Assembly: GCA_964489445.1 (NCBI GenBank)
Contig: CAZAYU010000002.1
Coordinates: forward strand, 141,020 to 205,019
DNA from: an uncultured Planctomycetia bacterium
GTDB taxonomy: Bacteria; Omnitrophota; Gorgyraeia; Duberdicusellales; 4484-171
Reading direction: 5' to 3'
DNA length: 64,000 bases
Positions 58,372-64,000 of this stretch are shown piece by piece. Positions within the stretch are counted from its first letter, which is position 1. The number at the start of each line of letters is the position of its first letter. Under the pieces are notes generated by a model, which searched no databases, was not told where the DNA came from, and was given only the letters and a program-made list of their open reading frames with translations. A program made the position numbers and the translations under genes.

Positions 58372-59642
58372 TGAGTATTAAGAAAATAGGGATAATTGGG
58401 TTGGGAACTGTGGGGGAGGCGGTTGTAGAATTGCTAAGAAAGCATTCTTCGCTAGTTAATAAACGGTCCGCTGTTAAAATTGCTATAAAAAAAGTTTGTG
58501 ATTTGAACAAAGCAAAACGAAAGATTGCTGATCGTTTTTCTTTATCGTTTACGTCTGACCCTGACCAGATTATAAATGATCCAGATATTGATATTGTTGT
58601 TGAGTTAATTGGCGGATTGAATCCAGCGTATAATCTTATTAGTCGGTCCTTAAAAAATGGAAAAAGTGTAGTAACAGCGAATAAAGCTTTGTTAGCGCAT
58701 TGTGGCAGTAAGATTTTTTCTTTAGCTGAAGAAAAAAATAAATTTATCGGCTTCGAAGCATCTGTTTGTGGAGCGATACCGTTGATAAAAAGCATATCTC
58801 AAGGGTTAGTTGGCTGTGATGTAAAGAAGATTTATGGCATACTTAACGGCACGACTAACTATATTCTTTATAAGATGCATAAAGAAAAACTTGATTTTTC
58901 TTCTGTTTTAAAAGAGGCACAGAAGAGGGGCTTAGCTGAAAAAAATCCTCGATTGGATATTGAAGGTATTGATGCATTACATAAACTATGTATTTTGAGT
59001 TATTTATGTTATGGAGTCTGGCCTTCGTTGGATAAAGTCTATAGTGAGGGGATATCTAAAATTTCTTTATTGGACATTTTGTATGCTGAAGAATTGAATT
59101 ACCGGATTAAACTTCTAAGTATTGCCAGGAAGAAAGAGAATTATCTTGACTTAAGGGTACATCCAGTATTAGTTCCGGTTGAACATCCTTTAGCACAAGT
59201 TTCTTTGGCTTATAATGCTGTGCATTTAGATACTTATCCTGCCGGAGAGCTTCTTTTCTATGGAGAAGGAGCAGGAGGAGTTCCTACTTCTTCTTCGGTG
59301 TTGTCTGACATAGTTAGCATTGCTTCTGGCATTGGAGGAACTATAAGGAAAAAAGAAAATATGGCCACAGGAAATATAAATGACATTAAAGTAAGATATT
59401 ATATAAGGTTTATGGCGCAGGATGCTTCAGGCGTATTAGCGAAAATTGCAAAAATTCTTGCTTTTTTTAATATTAGTATTGCTTCAGTGACTCAAAAGCA
59501 AATAAAGAAAGGAAGATTTGTTCCGATTGTTATGATCACTCACAAAGCAAAAGAAGAAGATGTCAAAAAGGCACTTAAAGATATTGATAAGTCAAGGTTA
59601 ATTAAAAGTCCAACTCAGTTAATAAGGATTGAAGACCTATGA
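58371..59642 (+). CDS. hom: Homoserine dehydrogenase with C-terminal ACT domain
   Basis: IGIIGLGTVGEAVVELL and the ACT-like C-terminus were seen; it is 423 aa. Confidence 0.85.
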   Translation: MSIKKIGIIGLGTVGEAVVELLRKHSSLVNKRSAVKIAIKKVCDLNKAKRKIADRFSLSFTSDPDQIINDPDIDIVVELIGGLNPAYNLISRSLKNGKSVVTANKALLAHCGSKIFSLAEEKNKFIGFEASVCGAIPLIKSISQGLVGCDVKKIYGILNGTTNYILYKMHKEKLDFSSVLKEAQKRGLAEKNPRLDIEGIDALHKLCILSYLCYGVWPSLDKVYSEGISKISLLDILYAEELNYRIKLLSIARKKENYLDLRVHPVLVPVEHPLAQVSLAYNAVHLDTYPAGELLFYGEGAGGVPTSSSVLSDIVSIASGIGGTIRKKENMATGNINDIKVRYYIRFMAQDASGVLAKIAKILAFFNISIASVTQKQIKKGRFVPIVMITHKAKEEDVKKALKDIDKSRLIKSPTQLIRIEDL

Positions 59643-60706
59643 AATATGAAGGGGTAATAAGGCGGTATAAACAATATTTACCGGTAAGTAGTAAAACTCC
59701 GATAATTTCCTTAAATGAGGGCAATACCCCGTTGATATTTTCTCCGAAAGTGTCTGAATGTTTAGGAAAAAACTTTAGAGTTTATCTTAAATATGAGGGC
59801 TTGAATCCTACAGGATCATTTAAGGACCGAGGAATGACTCTGGCTATATCTAAGGCTAAGGAAGAAGGAATGCGTGCGGTTATTTGTGCTTCTACTGGGA
59901 ATACTTCTGCTTCTGCTTCTGCTTTTTCGGCAAGGGCAGGTTTAAAATGTATAGTGGTGATACCTGAAGGAGCAATTGCTTTGGGAAAGTTAGCGCAAGC
60001 ATTGATTCATAATGCCAAAGTGATAGCTGTAAAAGGAAATTTTGATGATGCCTTGAACGTGGTTAGGGAAATATCCGCTCATTATCAGGTAAGGCTGGTG
60101 AATTCTGTTAATCCCCACAGGATTGAAGGGCAAAAAACAGCAGCTTTTGAAATTTGCGATTTTTTAACAGTAGCACCTGATTTTCATTGTTTGCCAGTGG
60201 GGAATGCCGGCAATATTACTGCATATTGGAAAGGATATAAAGAGTATTATGCTTATAAAAAAATAAAAAAGCTTCCGGTTATGCTCGGTTTTCAAGCTAA
60301 AGGATCTTCGCCGATTGTTAAAGGCTATCCTATCAAAAACCCGAAAACAATCGCGACAGCGATTAAGATCGGAAATCCTGCTAGCTGGCAGCAGGCTTTA
60401 GAGGCCGAAGATGAATCTTGCGGATTGATTGATGCAGTTTCTGATAGCCAAATAATTTCTGCCTATAAGTTTTTAGCTAAAGAAGAAGGAGTATTTGTTG
60501 AACCGGCATCTGCAGCATCAGTTGCCGGATTATTTCTCTTAAAAAAACAAGATTTTTTTAAGCGGCTTAAGGATAAAACAACTATAGTCTGCACACTTAC
60601 TGGTCATGGCCTTAAAGATCCTCAAATTGCAATTAGCAATATAAAATCTCCGCCGGTTGTTCAACCAACAGTTAAAGCAGTCCTAAGAGCGTCAGGAATT
60701 TCATAA
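59639..60706 (+). CDS. thrC: Threonine synthase
   Basis: It has the PLP-lysine motif GSFKDRGMT and the TGNTSASASAF region. Confidence 0.85.
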   Translation: MKYEGVIRRYKQYLPVSSKTPIISLNEGNTPLIFSPKVSECLGKNFRVYLKYEGLNPTGSFKDRGMTLAISKAKEEGMRAVICASTGNTSASASAFSARAGLKCIVVIPEGAIALGKLAQALIHNAKVIAVKGNFDDALNVVREISAHYQVRLVNSVNPHRIEGQKTAAFEICDFLTVAPDFHCLPVGNAGNITAYWKGYKEYYAYKKIKKLPVMLGFQAKGSSPIVKGYPIKNPKTIATAIKIGNPASWQQALEAEDESCGLIDAVSDSQIISAYKFLAKEEGVFVEPASAASVAGLFLLKKQDFFKRLKDKTTIVCTLTGHGLKDPQIAISNIKSPPVVQPTVKAVLRASGIS

Positions 60707-60710
60707 TAAA

Positions 60711-62312
60711 ATGAAAAGTTTTTACAGCAAAGTTGCTGGCGTATTAGAAAATGTAATCAATGATAATTACAAGTTGGACATTGATTATCCTTTGTGGGAG
60801 GTTCCGTCAAAGCAATCATTTGGTGACTTATCTTCAATGGTTGCCTTAAAAATTGCTTCCAAACTAAAAAGAGATCCTTTAGAAATAGCTAATGAGATTA
60901 AAAGAATCTTAGAGAAGAAAATAGAGGGTGATTTTGATAAAATTGAGATCCTAAGGCCGGGGTTTATAAATATTTTTATTGCGCAGAAGATACTAGTTGA
61001 TTCGCTGAATGATATTATTCGTGATAAAGATAAATTTTTTTCCGGAAATATTGGGCAAAAAATATTAATTGAATTCCTTAGTGCTAACCCTACGGGGCCT
61101 CTTTCGATAGCTCATGGGCGGCAGGCAGTAGTTGGAGACGTGATTGCGAATATTTTAGAGTTTTGTGGTAGCGATGTTACCCGTGAATATTATGTCAATG
61201 ATGCTGGCAGGCAGTTAGAGCTATTTGGTGTTTCGGTTGAAGCAGCTGTGGAGTCGCTAAATAATAATACAGAGTTTTTACCTCCAGAAGGTGGATATAA
61301 GGGCGGATACATAAAAGATATTGCACAAGAATACATTGATAAAAAAAAGAATATTGACATCAAAACTTTTTCGGTTAACAAGATGCTTTTATCGATCAAG
61401 GATGATTTAGCACTTTTGGATATAAAATTTGATAATTGGGTCAGCCAGGAAGAGATTATTGCCAGGAAAGAGGTTGAGGGGGCAATTAAATTCTTGGAGG
61501 ACAAAAAGCTAATTTACAAGAAAGAAGGAGCCCTTTGGTTTGCAGCGAGTAATTTCGGTGATGATAAAGACAGGGTAATAAAAAAAGTTGATGGAGAACT
61601 AACTTATTTTGCTTCAGATATTGCTTATCATCAAAAAAAATGTAAAGGCGAATATGATAAACTAATTAATTTATGGGGGCCGGATCATCACGGATATATT
61701 AAAAGAGTTGAGTCAGCTATTGCGGCTTTAGGGTATAACCAAACAATACTTAAAATAATTATTATTCAGCTAGTTACTTTAAAGACTAAGGAGCGAATGT
61801 CTAAGCGGGCGGGGAATATATTTCGTCTTTCTGATTTGGTCAATGATGTCGGAAAAGATACAGCAAGATTTTATTACTTGACCCGAAAAAACTCGTCTCA
61901 TTTAGAGTTTGACATTGATTTAGCTAAGAAAGCTTCGTTTGATAATCCGTTGTACTATATTCAATATGTTTGCGCGCGAATTGAAAGTATTTTTAAAAAA
62001 ACAGAGATTACAGCATTCAACCAGGAATATAGCAAATTTTTAATTGAAGAAGAAGAAACAGACTTATTAAGAATAATGTTACAATTTAGCCATTACATAG
62101 AAAAAGCTTATCATTCTTTAGAACCGGTGTTTATTGTTGAGTTTCTAAAGAGCCTGGCCGCTGGTTTCCATAAATTTTATGAGAAAAAAAGAGTGTTGGT
62201 TGAGGAAGATAAAAATGTTACTCAGGCAAGAATTAATCTTTTAGCAGGCGTGAGGATAATTTGCCATTGCGCTTTGCGTCTTTTGGGTATTACTCCTGTC
62301 GAGAAAATGTAA
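60711..62312 (+). CDS. argS: Arginine--tRNA ligase
   Basis: SANPTGPLSIAHGR (the HIGH-region variant of ArgS), the DALLFT-like anticodon-binding C-terminus and a KMSK-like MSKR motif were seen. Confidence 0.85.
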   Translation: MKSFYSKVAGVLENVINDNYKLDIDYPLWEVPSKQSFGDLSSMVALKIASKLKRDPLEIANEIKRILEKKIEGDFDKIEILRPGFINIFIAQKILVDSLNDIIRDKDKFFSGNIGQKILIEFLSANPTGPLSIAHGRQAVVGDVIANILEFCGSDVTREYYVNDAGRQLELFGVSVEAAVESLNNNTEFLPPEGGYKGGYIKDIAQEYIDKKKNIDIKTFSVNKMLLSIKDDLALLDIKFDNWVSQEEIIARKEVEGAIKFLEDKKLIYKKEGALWFAASNFGDDKDRVIKKVDGELTYFASDIAYHQKKCKGEYDKLINLWGPDHHGYIKRVESAIAALGYNQTILKIIIIQLVTLKTKERMSKRAGNIFRLSDLVNDVGKDTARFYYLTRKNSSHLEFDIDLAKKASFDNPLYYIQYVCARIESIFKKTEITAFNQEYSKFLIEEEETDLLRIMLQFSHYIEKAYHSLEPVFIVEFLKSLAAGFHKFYEKKRVLVEEDKNVTQARINLLAGVRIICHCALRLLGITPVEKM

Positions 62313-62367
62313 AATTTAAAAAACTGTTGTATGCCAGGGCTTAGTTTCTGCCTTAGAGAAGATAAGA

Positions 62368-64000
62368 ATGAAAAAAAATAATTGGAATATTAAACCGTTA
62401 GATCTTCAGGCTAAAGAATTGGCACAGAAACATGCTATTTCTGTTTTTCTAGTGCAAATTCTTATAAATCGAGGTATCAAAGAAGAAGACTTTAATGATT
62501 TTTTGGATGCTGATTTATCAAAGCTGCATGATCCTTTTCTGTTGCCGGATTTGGATAAGGCTGTTAGAAGGATATTCCAGGCGATAGAGAAAAAAGAAAA
62601 AGTACTGGTATTTGGAGATTATGATGTTGATGGAATTATTTCTTTGGCAATATTTAATGAGTTCGCTCGAGATTTTCCAAATATTTTTTCTTTTCATATT
62701 CCTCATCGTGTGAATGAAGGATATGGATTAAATAAAGAGGCGGTAACTAGGGCCAAGGAAAAAGGAGAAAGTTTAATTATTGCCTTTGATTGCGGAACAA
62801 ACGCAGAAGAAGAGATAAAATTGACTAATTTGTTTAACATCGATTTAGTCGTGATTGACCATCATCATTGTCAAAGTAGCAATTGCTTGCCATTTGCCTT
62901 GGTTAATCCGAAAAGGGAAGATTCTGCTTATCCGTTTTCAGAATTAACTGCGGGCGCTCTTTCATTTAAGTTGCTCCAAGTATTAAAAAATGATGATTGT
63001 TTTCAAGCTTTGGATTTATTAGCTTTATCTTTAGTTTGCGATGTCGCGTTGCTCAAAGGCGAAAATAGGTTATTACTCAAAGAGGGCCTTAAGATAATAC
63101 GTCAGAGTAAACGTCTCTCCATAAAGGCGCTTTGTGAAACAGGGTCGTTAAGACAAGAACAAATTGATGTATTTCATATCGGTTATATTATTGGCCCGAG
63201 AATTAATGCGTCAGGAAGAGTTGCTGATCCTTATCATTCGTTTGAGCTTTTTTTAACTGATGACTGGGAAAAGGCGAGACTACTGTCTTGTAGATTAACT
63301 GAATATAATCGGTTGCGGAAGAGTATTGAAGGGAAGATTTTAAAAAAAGCCGAAACAATAATTCAGGGCAACACGAATAACGATCACGCTATCGTTGTTT
63401 TTGGTGAGAATTGGCATCCAGGTGTGTTGGGTATTGTTGCTTCGCGCTTAGCAGATAAATATTGTCGTCCGTCTTTTGTTATTTCTTTGAATGGTGATAT
63501 CGGAAAGGGGTCAGCACGTTCTGCATGCAATGTCAACTTAATAGATATTTTAGATGAATGCGCGAGCTCGCTTTTGGTGTATGGTGGCCACAGTAAGGCA
63601 GCTGGTGTTCAAATTGCCAAGCAAGAGTTAACCAATTTTAAAAATAAAGTTAATTCAATTGTGGAATCTGAGTTAACCCTGAAAGCTTTTGTTCCAGTGA
63701 GCGAAATAGACGCAGAGTTAACTTTTTCGGATATTACTATCGACTTTTTAAATAGTTTGGAGAAGCTAAAGCCTTATGGAGAAGGTAATGCTTGCCCGGT
63801 TTTTATTGCGCGTAATATTTTTAAAAAAACTTTTCCCAAAAAAATAAGAACGCGGTTTTCAATTTGGCTTAGCGACAAAAGTATGACTCTCGAGGGGCTT
63901 ATTGCAGATAAAGATATCTTAGGAATTATTAATGATACGGTAAGTTTCGATTTAATTTTCTCTGTAGAGAAAAATTTTTATTATAATATTCCAAGATTAA
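62368..64000 (+). CDS. recJ: Single-stranded-DNA-specific exonuclease RecJ; 3' end outside the window
   Basis: The DHH motifs FGDYDVDGI and DHHH are present, with DHHA1-type GGHSKAAG. The ORF runs off the window end. Confidence 0.8.
   Translation, partial: MKKNNWNIKPLDLQAKELAQKHAISVFLVQILINRGIKEEDFNDFLDADLSKLHDPFLLPDLDKAVRRIFQAIEKKEKVLVFGDYDVDGIISLAIFNEFARDFPNIFSFHIPHRVNEGYGLNKEAVTRAKEKGESLIIAFDCGTNAEEEIKLTNLFNIDLVVIDHHHCQSSNCLPFALVNPKREDSAYPFSELTAGALSFKLLQVLKNDDCFQALDLLALSLVCDVALLKGENRLLLKEGLKIIRQSKRLSIKALCETGSLRQEQIDVFHIGYIIGPRINASGRVADPYHSFELFLTDDWEKARLLSCRLTEYNRLRKSIEGKILKKAETIIQGNTNNDHAIVVFGENWHPGVLGIVASRLADKYCRPSFVISLNGDIGKGSARSACNVNLIDILDECASSLLVYGGHSKAAGVQIAKQELTNFKNKVNSIVESELTLKAFVPVSEIDAELTFSDITIDFLNSLEKLKPYGEGNACPVFIARNIFKKTFPKKIRTRFSIWLSDKSMTLEGLIADKDILGIINDTVSFDLIFSVEKNFYYNIPRL

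Noticed and set aside
1-64000. CRISPR arrays, IS elements, integrases or obvious toxin-antitoxin and defence gene pairs
   Set aside because: Inspection showed no repeat-spacer periodicity, no DDE or tyrosine-recombinase motifs and no recognisable defence-system domains. The only repeat families found are the tRNA-derived ones, the EF-hand gene repeats and short AT-rich direct repeats.

Overview
This low-GC (~35%) bacterial chromosomal window is densely coded, mostly on the + strand, and shows no transposases, integrases or CRISPR.

Recognised content:
- Branched-chain amino-acid block: a 5'-truncated cimA/leuA-like gene, ilvB, ilvN, ilvC and leuA.
- Aromatic genes aroE and aroC split by a prepilin peptidase.
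- Housekeeping genes tilS, ftsH, folP, cdaA, pdxJ, acpS, nnr, gpsA, htpG, hom, thrC, argS, and a 3'-truncated recJ.
- Five tRNAs: Phe, Thr, Tyr, Gly and Pro.

Main feature: a ~15 kb alpha-glucan (glycogen) island at 14.2-29.3 kb. It holds three GH57 paralogs (one a branching-enzyme type), GH77 MalQ, GT35 GlgP, a GT4 synthase-like transferase and DUF4912. Inside it sit a sensor-less HisKA_3 kinase with a NarL-type regulator and two AMPK-beta-type CBM48 glycogen-binding modules.

Most unusual element: a divergently transcribed two-gene operon at the island edge. Its first gene encodes a single-pass membrane protein. Its second, translationally coupled, encodes a ParA/Soj-type partition ATPase fused to a C-terminal CBM48. 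This is a candidate glycogen-granule positioning system. A small Lys-rich CBM48 protein (20830-21150) is a candidate adaptor.

Other points of interest:
- Two tandem 139-bp tRNA-Tyr-derived repeats whose internal hairpin is kept by compensatory changes.
- A 25-nt direct repeat of the tRNA-Phe 3' end, 110 bp downstream of the tRNA.
- A sodium:solute symporter split by a frameshift in a T7 run.
- A secreted protein with five canonical EF-hand repeats.
- An excisionase-type HTH fused to an EIIA(Ntr) domain, next to a second PtsN, a CPA2 antiporter and a PII-like protein.
- Two stand-alone PilZ proteins.

All calls rest on motifs read directly from the sequence; no database searches were run.
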